Source of the DNA: Podarcis vaucheri
Taxonomy: Eukaryota
Assembly: GCA_965113315.1 (NCBI GenBank)
Contig: OZ220372.1
Length of the DNA: 64,000 bases
Reading direction: 5' to 3' (one strand)
The translations under genes and the position numbers were made by a program. This document shows, piece after piece, positions 37,053-50,788 of this stretch. Numbering within the stretch: the stretch's first letter is position 1; each line of letters opens with the position of its first letter. The notes under the pieces are model-generated. The model saw only the letters and a program-made list of their open reading frames with translations. It did not search any database and was not told where the DNA came from.

Positions 37053-37905
37053 GTCTAGATTACATGGACTACTTATTACATTCCCCTTAATCCATGTGTA
37101 AAGTAGATCTCTGGATGATTTGCTGAAGATCCACAATGGTTTGCCTCCAAAGAGTTTATCAGTAGAAAAATGAAAGAAAACTTGGGGGGCAGGGAGTGGG
37201 TTAGCAGGAATTGATTTTTCTGTGAAAGGGTTGTCAGCTAATTTTTGGTACTAAAATTGTGTTTAGCCTGATAATGTGTTCAGCCTCAAGAGATTCTGAA
37301 TTTTAAGTATATCCACCCAATAGTTCCTCTAGCTCTTGCTGGCAGAACTTAAGGTTCTTGGGGGTTTTTTTTGGGGGGGGGGGTTAAAGCCTGAAGTCTC
37401 CTCCAGCTTATCACACTCCAATTAGCTGATGCATAAGAGCCTGAGTGGAACAGTGCTAAGGAAAATGCATATAGCCTGGGGAGGTAAATTCAAATTCTCA
37501 CTAACCTGGTGTGTATCACATTGAACCATAGTTTAAAACAAATTATAATTTAATGTGAAAGAGAAACATGCTGCTTGAAAGTTCTCATGGCACTCCTTCC
37601 ACACACACTCATGTTACACTGTGGACAAAATAAGCCAGAGCGACCTGGCTTGTCAGCCAAACCCGAGCCTGTGGATCATTTTGTCCAAACAGACTATAGA
37701 CTGAAACCAAGGTTTGTTCCAGACAAGCTTGAGTCTGATTTGCTTCATCTTTAGCACAGCAGAAGCAAGGGAGAAGCAACATGAAAGTTTTGAGCGGTGT
37801 GCATCAGCATATTAAAGCACTGTTTAACTATGGCTTAATGTGACATGCAAACTAGGCCACTGTCATTGTTGTAACTAAGATGGATAGAGGACAATACACC
37901 AAGTA

Positions 37906-38157
37906 CAGTGGTGCCCCGCAAGATGAATGCCTCGCAAGACAAAAAACTCGCTAGACGAAAGGGTTTTTCGGTTTTGCGTTGCTTCGCTAGACGAATTTCC
38001 CTATGGGCTTGCTTCACAAAACGAAAACATCTTGTGCTTTTTTTTAAAGCCGCTTGAAGAGGCGCAGTTGCGACAGACCGTGCTTCGCAAGACAAAAAAC
38101 ATCGCAAGACGAAAAGACTTGCGGAACGAATTCTTTTCTTCTTGCGAGGCACCACTG
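37906..38157. mobile_element. Tc1/mariner (Tigger/pogo-like) MITE
   Basis: TIRs CAGTGGTGCCCCGCAAGA / TCTTGCGAGGCACCACTG; TA TSD. Confidence 0.85.
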
Positions 38158-38984
38158 TATGCTACCATGAGCTCTTTGGAGGAAAACAGCAATGTTAAAT
38201 AAAAATCTTCCAAATAAATCTATCACAATGAGTCTGTCTCCTGGTCGAAACCAGTAATAATTTCTTCTTCCTTATTGAGTCAGTATAGAAAAATGTTCTG
38301 GGCATGTTCAAGATCATCTCTCTTTGGTTTATTGGAAGTCACTTCAATTCCCCTATGGATGCCGGGGGGGGGGAGTTTATGTGGCGAAGGTTCTAAGTAC
38401 CGAAAAATGGCTCGTAACCTAGGATAATTTATTTGGGCAGAGTTACAATGCTGTGTGTTTGTACACCCATCACATCATGCACAGAATTGCCATTTAGCCC
38501 TGGAAATGACTTGTGTCTTCAGGAGCAGGGTGTGGAAACAATTACTGAGAAAATAAACTCTAATGACAAAAAAAGATAGCTCAAGACAGCATGGATGACA
38601 TGCTAGAACCAGATCACACTACTTGGCCCCCACTGGCTGTTTCCTCTGAATTCCAACTACAACACCCTTTTAGGCATTTGGTTCAATGTAGAGATTCCAA
38701 ATGAGCTAGGCAGCAAATTGGAAATACTGCCATCTTTGGTCATAAGGCTGATTTTCTTCTTTCATTAATAACTCTGTCTGATCTTTAGACTCCTGCTCAG
38801 TCTCCCACAACTCCCATACAAGGGATACCAGTAACTGTAAAGTTAACGAGGTAAGAAAGTGAATAGTTACATCCATCACCTATGGAAGGAATGCAGCAGA
38901 TACATTTAGAAGGTTTAAGAATTTTTATTGCACTATTTCAATTATTTCATCTAGAAGCTTGAAGATTTGGTGATCAATACTTAC

Positions 38985-39122
38985 AGTTTATGAACAAGGT
39001 GATTTCTGAGGTCCTGAGTAATATCTTCATGCCATGGTTTCCGAATTCCAATGCCAGAAGGATGTGTTGCTGTTGGCATGGCCCCCAAACTAGCAACATT
39101 GGCATTTTCATTCATCATGGTA
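38985..39122 (-). CDS. EP300: EP300 exon 8 (138 nt; KIX start)
   Basis: ttttag|TACCATG...AAACT|gtaagt; GIRKPWHEDITQDLRNHLVHKL. Confidence 0.95.
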
Positions 39123-39279
39123 CTAAAAAAAAAGGGGGGGAGGGGGAAGAGGTGATTATCAAAGACACAATAAACCTCATTAAGTGAGACTTTCTTTATA
39201 TGTAAACACATCACAAGTAATTGTATATGAAAGTGGCCTACTCATGCTCAGATTCCTGCTCAGCCATAGGTGGATAAAC

Positions 39280-39282
<3 letters not shown>

Positions 39283-39322
<40 letters not shown>
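39283..39322. repeat. (TC)20 microsatellite
   Basis: Directly visible. Confidence 0.9.
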
Positions 39323-39326
<4 letters not shown>

Positions 39327-40150
39327 ACATATGGATGATATTGCACTCTTCTTTCAGGCAAGGTTCTACATTAAGGTGCGTTCCAATATTAATTTACTTT
39401 CCACTTTATAGATGGAGAAATACAATTCTGAACATTAGCTGAGTACTTGTTATTAACCAACAATAATTTACAATGGTCAGGAGTGTCCTCACTTGACCTC
39501 TGTCCCATGCAATGAGCAGCAGTAGCAACATTATGCACAATAACCAACTTTAATTTGTATTATCTCTACCAATCACAACATGTACCTTTTTGTGGAACAG
39601 AATTAATTATTTAGCCCGGTATATGATATATATTCATATTATATATCATAGTTCAAAACCTGTGCTATATAGCATGTGTATCACTAGCAGAATGTGCTAT
39701 ACTAATTCACTGACAACATTTAAATGCCAACACTTTCCAGTCAATATAGAACCGGCGATCTAAGAGCATGCAGCAGCACTATAGAATTCATTAACGAGAC
39801 ACATGCATATCTACTATGAAAGCAATGCAGCTACTGCAAGGTATTTTGCTTTACCTATAACCTTTACAAAAAAAGTTTTCAGGTAAATGTGGAGCCCCTA
39901 TAGCAGAACAGAGTGTCCCAATGCTAACTCAGTATGCTGACCTCAACAGATTTATATCAGGCAGACAAAAATGCCATCTCTGAGCTTTACTCAGAGGTCA
40001 CAGATAAAATTTTAAAATATACAATATTTTCCTTTTGTAAAAAACCATCTTGTTTAAAGTTACTATTTTGTAGCTCTGCCACTTTTGTGAATTCTTTCCT
40101 CAATGTATTATTCCGAAAGTTGCTTTCTATACAATTAAAAATAAACTTAC

Positions 40151-40244
40151 TTTTGAGAATTCATAGCTGGATGCAACATTGATTCAGGTAGAAGACTCTG
40201 GGCTTGAACACCAACACCTCCATTCACTCCCATAGGATTAGCAT
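40151..40244 (-). CDS. EP300: EP300 exon 7 (94 nt)
   Basis: tctag|ATGCTAATCC...TCTCAAAA|gtaagt; ANPMGVNGGVGVQAQSLLPESMLHPAMNSQ (not in the ORF track). Confidence 0.93.
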
Positions 40245-40853
40245 CTAGACCAAAAGAAAGAAAGAAAAAATTAAACTATGCTCTACTGTAGATTAATTGC
40301 TTTGGGTGCTTAAGTTGTTTCCAGATATTCTAGGGTATACATGCTGCTATCATTGCTGCAAAACAGATTTTGGCCCTACTACAAAACGGCTTCTTTCCCT
40401 CCATATGAATGTGTAGGAGCAGCTCAAGGGGGGAGGGAGCACTTATGATGGCAGAGGCAGATTTTGCTTCCTTAACTGAGTCTCAGATTGCAGCGTGTTT
40501 AATTTGTTCATCAAATTAAAAATGACCTCAATGGGAATCACTGAGATAACCCCTTACTAAAACTACCCTGAGTTCAACTTTTTGGTTATACTAGAGAACA
40601 ATGAAACCTTGAAAACTTGCTTTTGCCATGTACAAAGCCTCACCTCACTATCACCCATTCTCCCAATGGATACAAAACTTCACAAATGCCTTTAGTAAAA
40701 TACTTGAATAAGTTGTAGCTTAGGTGCTGATGGTCATATTTTTGTTTTAATGCGGAATTACATATTTTATTATTGTTGCTATGATTTGGAGTTATTAGCT
40801 GCCTTCTGAATTAAGATGGGATATACATTTTAAAAATGAAGTTAAGAACATAC

Positions 40854-41090
40854 TTGTAGGATTCATGGGGCGAAGTCCCTGCGGTGACTGTCCTTGCTGC
40901 TGGCTCTTCACTTGAGCTTGTGTCTGCGTCTGCATCTGATTCCCTTGATACGTTAGTCCAAGGGCAGCATAAGCCCTCTCAATTGAACTGGGGTCAATCT
41001 GGTTAGCAGTATTTATGTTGGGGGTTGTCTGCTGACCAACCCCTACAGAGCCAGAATTTCCAAGTCCTACTGCAGCACCACCTAATAATG
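40854..41090 (-). CDS. EP300: EP300 exon 6 (237 nt)
   Basis: tttctag|CATTATTA...CCTACAA|gtatgt; QIDPSSIERAYAALGL. Confidence 0.93.
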
Positions 41091-41509
41091 CTAGAAAAAA
41101 TGAAGACATGAAAACGATCAAAAACAGTGACTAGAATGAACATAAAATACATCAACCCTTTTATAAAGTCCTTAGTAACACATCAATAAGGTTTGTGGCA
41201 TTAAACTGTGTCTGTTGCTGACCTGATAAGCATGGAGGCTGCTGCCTACCACAACTTGGGCAGCTATGGCTGCGTCCTACTGTATTTGCAGACAAGACTG
41301 CCATCACAATATGACAGTGAGGCCAGAGTAGAGGGTCCATGTATATCGAGGGTCCCTGCTGTCAGGAGCACTGCTTGTCCTGTAGGAACTTGATCCTGCA
41401 GCTGTCTCTTACACCAGCCATTAATAGTATTAGGAAAAACATTATGAGAAATGGATTGATACTGCAAATCTGTAATGCCCTAAAAATAAATAAATTAGTG
41501 ACTACTTAC

Positions 41510-41623
41510 ATTGTTGATTTCTTTTGTCCCCAGCATTCTTGAGAGGGAGACACACAGGACAGTCATGCCGTGTACAATTCTTCCAGTGCGATATGATTTG
41601 TCGTGAAGATGCACAGTGAGCCA
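41510..41623 (-). CDS. EP300: EP300 exon 5 (114 nt; TAZ1 end)
   Basis: tttttag|TGGCTCAC...CAACAAT|gtaagt; [38 protein letters not shown]. Confidence 0.95.
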
Positions 41624-42060
41624 CTAAAAAGAGGGTTAAAAGCAATTTTACACTTAAAACTTTAAATTTCTTTGAGCCAGCTATACATGTGCTACTGATG
41701 CACAGAATCTATGCACAATTACTTGGAGTACAGTGTGGCTCATGCTTCTGAGTATATTGGACTGCATATATCTATATCTGTATCTCCAGAATTGAAAACT
41801 TTCCCCTGAAGTCTTCTTTTGACTGATAGGTCAAGGGAAATCTTAGTTGATTGAAACTTATCTTACCCAAGTACAGATCAAGGCTTTTCTGCTCTTTGCA
41901 ATAGGTCAACCAGTCTGGATCTCTTATTACTTATTGCACAGTGGAGGCCAAAGTTGATTGCTAAAACTTCAGCATCTGTATCTCTCATCCTGACCTTGTA
42001 ACTTGTGAGCACAAATTACTGCAAAATTGTTTTTCAGACAGTATTAGCTTCCTACTGTCA

Positions 42061-42441
<381 letters not shown>

Positions 42442-43984
42442 CTAACCCTGACAGTTCTCTAGAAGTCAGCAAAACACAAAGAAGTTATTCATGTCTTTTG
42501 AAAGTTTGCTTAAACCTGTAGAAGCAGCAGCTATATGAATTACTTTAAGATAGCTTAATAAATCCTCTCTCTCAGAGAAAGCTCTTATTTCTTTGAAGAA
42601 AATCCATTCTCAAGCAAAGTTCCACAGTGCAACTTAATGCTCATATAGTCCCTAAAGAAATCAGCCATACAACACACAGCCTACTAATATAATGAGTATG
42701 AGGAATGATTTCATGAATCAATATTTTCTAACCTCCAGCAGCCAACACATAAACATACCATCCCTAAATATGGAGCAATGCAAAGGACGGATCAAGCACA
42801 GGAGACATAGTTACTGTAGCCACTACCAATGCAACACAGCAAACTAATATTGCTGAGGTTGATAATTAGAAATATATGTCCTATTCTGCTTAGCAACCAC
42901 CTTGCAATGCCACTTCTGAGGCTGATCTCTGGAAGTGGCAATGCAAGCATTATTCCATATTGCTTTTCATTCAACTTCAGAGAGCTTGACTTGATTTGGT
43001 TTTAAGGATCTTCAGGCTTGCTTCATTAACTGGGAAGGAATAATTATTGTTTTTCTCTTTTAACAAGGGGTCAAGGTATGAGAATTCAGCACAACTAACA
43101 TTGTACCATCCATGGAAGAAATTCAGTTTTCATGTCAGCTTCACCCAAATACAGTAGTAAAGGGATTTCTTCACTTTCGGCCTGTTTTCAAGTATACTGG
43201 AGCTTCACAGCTTGAAACTAACTGGGCACCATAGGCAAAGGCTAACTCCAGTTTGAACAAAAGTTACACTAATAACTGAAATGAGCTTTCCTCTGCATTA
43301 CTGATCCACATGAACCATGCTTCATCCTTCCCAAACTGACTACAACATAATACTACAATTGAATTACCATTTAGCAATGCTGTAAATTCCAGAACTTTGA
43401 CTCTTCACATGTATGGGTATTATGGCGATTCACAGTAAAACCCCACTGTCATGAATGGAACTTCCCTATACAGGTGGTAGGATTGTGGCACTCACAGATA
43501 GCTTCACTCTCTTCAATTTAATTGGTGTACCCAATACCAATTGGATTTCAATCACAACTAATAAACTTACTCTCTATTAGAGTAATAAAGAGTAATACAA
43601 CATACCTAATTAGCATGATCTATATTCATACAGTGAAGCTTTTAAAGTGCTCTTTGCCAATGCTATATGGATTATGGTGTACAAGTTTACACTGGCCCAA
43701 TTTGTACATAACATTATTCCATAGTTTATTTTAAACTATGAGAAGTGTGCTCCTGCCCACTCTATAGTCCCTATGGCCTTTTAAACTGTGAATGGGTGTG
43801 GGCTATTGTTTTTGCTTGTTACTATGTTATGTATTTTTGTATTGTAAACCATGCTGTGATCCTCGGATAAAGGGTAGTATATAAACTTAATAAATAATAG
43901 TAACAATAATTTGTTCCTCCCCTACTCCTGCATGTGCCTGCCCCTCTCTCATTGAGGTAAATGTTTGACCAGTTCTATGAAGAG

Positions 43985-44309
43985 CAGTGTTAGAAACAGA
44001 GATATTAAAGCTATTCGTCATATGGCCCTTAAACCTAGGTTACAGGCACACTAATGGAATGTTTAAGCACTTTTAAAAACAAAAAACAAAAAAACCCCAT
44101 GATTACAAAGCCGAAAATGAATTTTGTATACTGTCAGCTCCAGCTAAAATCTGACTCATGCCATAGCATGGCAGCAAAAAACCAACAATGCTGCTGTCAG
44201 TGGCGGAGATGTCAGGTGCCATCCTGGCGCCCAGGCATCTTCACTTAGTTGCAAGTGTCTGATAGCCAGGTGCAAAATGAGCATGGTGCCTGGCTAATTT
44301 CGAACGCTG
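43985..44309. mobile_element. Old DNA-transposon remnant (copy 1)
   Basis: CAGTGTTAGAAA ... TTTCGAACGCTG termini; shares CTGATAGCCAGGTGCAAAATG...CCTGGCTAATTTC with the 51959 copy. Confidence 0.55.
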
Positions 44310-44505
44310 TAAGAGAGGCAAAAATGTTTACCCATTCAAGGGAGTGTAAGTAGAATTCACCTCACATTTGAATTTATTAGGTTAGTCAATTCTCATTATG
44401 TGCCAGTGTCAGGAAGCCTCTGCAGAGGGAGGCCGCTGTTTCTGCCCTCATTGACATGACTGTTACAGCAGTAGACGACTATACTGCCTATACTCATTAA
44501 AACAT

Positions 44506-44549
44506 AAAGGTAAAGGTAAAGGTACCCCTGCCCGTACGGGCCAGTCTTG
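44506..44549 (-). mobile_element. Heavily 5'-truncated Sauria SINE (tail only)
   Basis: Identical to the first ~44 nt of the 48460 copy; flanked by ACATA on both sides. Confidence 0.75.
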
Positions 44550-46572
44550 ACATACTTTAAAATAAACTCTAGTTTAATGTAATGTGTGAACTAGTTCACT
44601 ATTGGAATCTATTAGATCTGAGAGCCAAACCAACTGTTGCTTATTGGCATGCTGATCTGATGAGCAGCGCAACATGCTGCCCATGTGATTCCCAATTGGT
44701 TTGGATATGGTTTAAAAGTTAATGTGAACAGTACATAATGGAAGCAAGCAAAGAGGAGCACTGTAAGATGTTTTGACTTCTCCTAATCTTCTTTGTTCCC
44801 AGTATTTTTTTGGCAAAAGTTCATTACAGTTCTATTAAGATCTATACAATGTTATATCACTTTTAAAATGCCAATATCTAGGGATGTACAATTTGACCAT
44901 AAGGTGCATAAGACATTCTTTTTAGTCAGCAATCAGAATTAGCTTGAAATAAGTGAAGAGCTACACACCTGTGCTGCTCAGAGTAGATGAAGATGATGAA
45001 CGAAGATTTTAAAAAATCCACTTTTTACAGAGCAACACTTGGCTACAAAGATTACTGGCAACAGCTAGCCATTCAGAAACAGCAGTCTAAGAATGTTTGG
45101 GGGTCTGACTTACACTCTTAGCTTTCCACTTTTTAAGAGCATGGTTCCATGCACGCACTCAGGCCACACATATAATGCAACGTGAGATAAGTAATACTGC
45201 ATGCATACCTGCAATTCTATCCCCCACAAGGGTGGTAGAGAAATTAAGACAGGCTATACACAACCCAGGAATCAACTCTACACAGCCTCTTCAGTGCTCC
45301 CCTCTCCAGCTCCAGCCTGCTTTTCAGTGTGATGCCTTCATCGCCCACCGCCCAAGCCCCCCCCCCCCCACTTCCCAGAGAATGGAACACTGAAAGCTAA
45401 AAAAGGCCAATATAGGCCACCAGAGAGAGAGGTGGTAGCTCTGCATGGCCTTTGCAGACCTCACAATCCAAGTAACACAGTTTGCCCATCTTCACCACAG
45501 TTCACAGCAAGGAGAAAGGGACATTGGAAGCTCCAAGGAAGTGTCACACTCTCCATGTTCTGACCAGCCTGGCTCCTCCAACATCTTACCCAGCTACATT
45601 CTGCCTCCTCCTCCACCTCTGTATTGTCCAGTAAGAAGAGTATGTTCCTTGATACCCCTGCCTCCAACCTCTCCACCATTCCCAAAACCTGCTGTTAAAA
45701 GTACCAATAAGGCACACGTCATCTGGAAGGGAATAGGGATGCTAAGAACCTTATGAGCATGTACAGGCACCTTCCCACTCATATGACCACTGACAAATGC
45801 ATCATTTTTGGTGCCAAAGGGGGGCAGAATAGGACAGAAAGGACTTGTGTGTGTCCCACTGACATGCACAGTTATTGGGAATGGAATCTCTATGTACACA
45901 GAGATTCTCTTGTACTGCTGTGTCACTAGCTCCGCACTGTGGAAGGCAGGATTAACAAGAATCAAGTTAAGTGTGTGCACATTACACTGTCTGCTCATTG
46001 GGAGCTCAGGTGTATCTGTGGTGCAATGCTCCACTGAATGTGTTGGCTCAATGGCTGCAAAGCATAGATTGGCAAATGAATGAACTGATGCAATCACTCC
46101 TCATCAAATACATCTTACATCCTGCTATGACAATGCACCTATGTAAATTCACATAAAGTCAGTTTCCAACAAAAAATAATTTTATGTCATCCATTTCTTC
46201 CTATATCCCATTTCCCCTTGAACCTTCCACCCATATTTTCAACAAGCACATGAACACAGTTTCAGAATACATCACAGACTGTTATTTCTATATGTTCTCC
46301 AATATATGGATGGAAATAGTACTGTCTGCCCCCTAAAAGGCTAGAATTCAGATGATGAAAGGGTAGGTATGAGAATTATGCAAAAGACAAGGAGATATGG
46401 TTCAAGTAGAAATGCCATTCAAAAGAAATTAAAACTCAACTAAAATGCCTTTTTCCTCTAGGTTGAATACCTTATTTCTCATGATTTGACATAATATGGA
46501 ACCCTTTAAGACAAAATACTGCTATATCTTGAACTAGCTCTACAATAATTTGAAATAGAAGTTACTACCTAC

Positions 46573-46749
46573 CATATTAGGCATTACTGGACCAGGCACT
46601 GGCTTCTTGTCCATTGGAAACTGGGGTAAACTGTTAGGTAATACAGGCTTATTTTGCATCTGGGGACCAAGTCCACTGGCTCCAATTGGTTGTCCAGGAT
46701 TCTGGCTGTATGGTGGTACATAAGGACCGGGGTTGTTCATCATTCCCAT
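46573..46749 (-). CDS. EP300: EP300 exon 3 (177 nt)
   Basis: tctag|ATGGGAATG...AATATG|gtaggt; MGMMNNPGPY...MPNM. Confidence 0.94.
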
Positions 46750-48459
46750 CTAGAAATTAAAGAATGACAATGAAGGAATATTTTCATTTTCTTCTGTTCA
46801 TTTCATGGTATACACTATGGTTAACTACTGTTTGGTTCAAGGAATGGAATATCAACAAACTGTAAAGTAACAAATTCTGATCTACATATACTCTCTTAAT
46901 ACTATCCATCTCTTTCCAAACCCCAATTCAATATTGATTGTACTGACAATTAATAAAATTTTGCTATCATTCAATACTTTCCATTTTCCCTTCATTTTAA
47001 ATCAAGTATTTCATATATATATTCCTCCAGATATTGAATTATATTGACTGAGCACCTCAAAAGTTAATTTATCCTTGAATGCTTATGATCCAAAGGCACA
47101 CCTTCAATTTTACAATCTGAATATTGAGCCTGATTCTGATCATAGGTCATGAAGAAATTGAAGATTTGAAAGAATGTCTCAATGGTTTGGCAGATTAAAG
47201 ATTTTATATCAAAGCAACACCCAAGCCATTAATTGTTTAACAAAGAATTATATATCACTTGATCTAAGAAAACCTCTAAGCAAATTACAAAAATGTAAAA
47301 TACAATTATTGATAGTTCCTAAATGTCAAATTTTTACAAGTGCAGAATGAGTATTATGAATCACCTTTAACAGTGTCAGTGCTCCAGACTGAAGCTGTCA
47401 AATGGGCGCATATATATATACACACACACAGAGACACACACAAAAAATAATAATAAGCAGAACACGTGAGTATATATGGAAAACACAGCTGAATCTGGCA
47501 GCTGCCTAAACTGATGTTTTCTACATTTATTGACTTTTTCACTATTAGCGGTTGAATAGTAATCCAACAGTTCTCCTGACATGTGTGGATACTACACCCT
47601 AGAATCACCTAACCTAACATGCTAGTGGAAGCCAGCAAATTGTCTCCCACTAGCACAATGGGGCTTCTCCTGCTCCACCAAATCTACTCTGGCGAGTCAA
47701 GAGAATCCCTAGAACATTGCAGGAGAAGGGACAGTTCAACCTGACAAGCAGAAATGCATGCACTGACAGAACAATCATTACATCATGAAGCTGAATTCCT
47801 CCATATGGTGGTGATGGTATTATTATTATTATTTACAATGTTGGACTGGTCTAAATCATGACAATCTTTAAACAGTTATCAAAAAAATGCATGAGTTTTC
47901 AGTTGAAATTGAAGCAACAAGGATCTGCCCTTCTCCCCGGCTCCAAGCTGGTGGACCCCTGCCCATTATAAATAAAATACACAATCTCTGTGCCTCTTTC
48001 AGAAGTGTGGTCTACCAGAGCAGGTAATTTTCAATGATTGGTTCTTTATACAGGAAGATTTTCTATGTCTCAGATCTTATCTACTTGTCCAAGTAAGTTC
48101 ATTTAATACTATTTTGCTAGTAAAGTTCCTAGATAGCAGGAAATCTCTACTGGAAATTATAAGAAAGCTCTGCTGGCCACAGTCCATTTTACACAGAGAT
48201 TTTAGTTGCAGAGAAAACAAGCACATTGTTTTTAAAAGAGGAAATCTGTGGTTTAGACAAAGTAGCAGGTACGAACATAATTAAGAAACCAGCAGTTAAA
48301 TAAACCTAGATGGCTACAGTGGAAGAGTCCATTCTATGCACTACTGTAACATACTGGAAATTCCCTTCCAAAACTTTCTGATATCATTATCTTTTACATT
48401 ATCTAATACTCATCAACACAGACAACTCAGTGCCCTGTTCTCCAGTAGAGACAGCTGAT

Positions 48460-48821
48460 AAAGGTAAAGGTAAAGGTACCCCTGCCCGTACGGGCCAGTC
48501 TTGCCAGACTCTAGGGTTGTGCGCCCATCTCACTCAAGAGGCCGTGGGCCAGCGCTGTCCGAAGACACTTCCGGGTCACGTGGCCAGCGTGACATCGCTG
48601 CTCTGGCGAACCAGACCTGCACACGGAAACGCCGTTTACCTTCCCGCTGGTAAGCGGTCCCTATTTATCTACTTGCACCCGGAGGTGCTTTCGAACTGCT
48701 AGGTTGGCAGGTGCTGGGACCGAACGACGGGAGCGCACCCCGCCGCAGGGATTCGAACCGCCGACCTTTCGATCGGCAAGCCCTAGGCGCTGAGGCTTTT
48801 ACCCACAGCGCCACCTGCGTC
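48460..48821 (-). mobile_element. Sauria SINE, near full length
   Basis: (ACCTTT)n tail; tRNA-like head with GGTTCGAATCC B-box; 13-bp TSD AGAGACAGCTGAT (48447-48459 and 48822-48834). Confidence 0.88.
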
Positions 48822-48916
48822 AGAGACAGCTGATGCCACCCCCTAAAAAGCTCACACTGCTAGTAAGTTGAGGTGGATATAAAACAGACATAACTCTGTA
48901 GTATAGTAGTAGTAAT

Positions 48917-49831
48917 TAGGGCTGGGAGATACCTGAAGGAGCATCTCCACCCCCATCGTTCAGCCTGGACACTGAGATCCAGCACCAAGGGCCTTCTGGC
49001 GGTTCCCTCACTGCGAGAAGCAAAGTTACAGGGAACTAGACAGAGGGCCTTCTCGGTAGTGGTGCCCGCCCTGTGGAACGCCCTCCCATCAGATGTCAAG
49101 GAAATAAGCAGCTGTCCTATTTTTAAAAGACATCTAAAGGCAGCCCTGATTAGGGAAGTTTTTAATATTTAATGCTGTATTGTTTTTAACACTCGATCGG
49201 GAGCTGCCCAGAGTGGCTGGGGAAACTCAGCCAGATGGGCAGGTAATAAATTTGTTGTTGTTGTTGTTGTTGTCGTCATCATCATCATCATCCGCTTTTC
49301 AACATAGTGGTGTATCGCCAGCCAAACATCGAAGTTTGGCGATATGCTATAATGTTGAAAAAACAAGATGAATTGGCCTCTGCCAGCAAGACACCAGCTG
49401 AAACTGCCCTAGCTCTCACAGCCCCGGTGCTCTCTTGTGTGAGCAGCAATAGGATTGGAGCTGCTTTGTGCCACTCAGCTGGGGGGAGGGAACGCCCGTG
49501 AGTGGGCAGAGCATCAGGGCTCCTTTAACTGCTCGCTATGGGGAGCAGTAACCACGCTATGCTCAGCTGAGCAGTTTCACAGCGCCGCCAGCCTGCGGGA
49601 GCTAGCACAGGGCTGGGGGCTCCTTTGACTGCTCGACTGATGCAAGGGCAGCTGCACACTCCTCAGTCGGGCAGTTTAAAGATGCACTTCACAGATACAG
49701 CTTGTTTCTCCCTCTCTGTCATATGAGAACAAAGTGGGATGGCTGTTTCACTCAGCGAAATACCGCTGAGTGAAGCACACATCGCGGCCTGTTCCTCATA
49801 CCGGTCTTGGGCGATATATCACCCAGGCCTA
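48917..49831. mobile_element. hAT-type non-autonomous element containing an L2 3' fragment
   Basis: TIRs TAGGGCTGGGAGATA / TATCACCCAGGCCTA; perfect 8-bp TSD GTAGTAAT (48909-48916 and 49832-49839). Confidence 0.75.
48929..49291 (+). mobile_element. L2-like LINE 3' end
   Basis: ORF2 C-terminus-like reading (RAFSVVVPALWNALP), 3' UTR stem, AATAAA and a trinucleotide-repeat tail. Confidence 0.7.
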
Positions 49832-50582
49832 GTAGTAATGGGGAATCTGTGTTCCTTAGCCTCAAACATAGAGAAGCATGGAAAAATAACTGAACACACA
49901 AGCTTGGTTACATCAGTGGAGAATGGAGCCTCTCTACTATCCTTCTACTGGGGAACAGAAGACAATTGCAAGTTGTTCGGCTCTTGCTAAGTCATCCCAT
50001 GTGCTCTGTCATTCTTGTGTCTTCAGTTTGTGTACCTCAAAACATGCCACATAGGCAACCCTGAAAATTAAGACTACATAGGTTTAGATCTACCTTGACA
50101 GCATAGATCATGAAGTTATACATAAACTGGCAGGCACAATATGTTGTTTCTCTGGTAGTTGCTGTAGCCAACTTCAGAGTGACTGGTTAGAGTTTATTAT
50201 TGCTTTTTAAAGAATGTTTAAAGTTTTCATTTGCTAGAGCATAGGAGGTGGGAAGGTGCTCAGTATGCTGTGCACAGGAATCAAGTGGACTGCTGGCAAA
50301 GAGATGAAACATTTCAACGCACCACTGCCAGCCCACTGAATTTTCATACTGGATTCTAGAGGTCAAGCTCCCTAATACCTGTCCATCCTAGAAAGCAAGA
50401 GAGCTGGCGGCACAGAAAAGAAGCACTTCATTCCTCTGCCACCAGCCTGTAGTACCTCTATGCTACACAAGTAGGGAAAGGAAGAACGGGGAGGCGTGGA
50501 GTGACTCATGCCTCTGCCACTAGTCCATTTGCTTTGTTTGCTGGATTTGCAGAACGAGTCTTTATTTTCAAGACATAAAGTA

Positions 50583-50788
50583 CAGTGGTACCTTGGTTTA
50601 CAACCATAATCCATTCCGGAGGTCCGGTTGTGAACCAAAACAGTTTGTAACCCAAGATGCGCTTTCGCAAATGGCCCCCCCCCCAAATGGGTTAGAATCC
50701 CAAAAAAGGGGCACACACTTCCGGGTTTGATGTGTTTGTAATCCAAAACGGTTGTAATCCAAAGCAGTTGCAAACCAAGGTTCCACTG
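50583..50788. mobile_element. Tc1/mariner MITE
   Basis: TA-CAGTGGTACCTTGGTTTACAAC ... GTTGCAAACCAAGGTTCCACTG-TA. Confidence 0.8.

Noticed and set aside
37906-38157. Regularly spaced GCAAGACGAA/GCTAGACGAA repeats resembling a CRISPR-like array
   Set aside because: These are subterminal repeats of a TA-flanked MITE in a eukaryotic intron
45594-46097. 167-aa minus-strand ORF with overlapping ORFs in intron 3
   Set aside because: No homology recognised; exons 3 and 4 join in frame without it
48735-48821. tRNA-like A/B boxes
   Set aside because: Head of a Sauria SINE, not a tRNA gene
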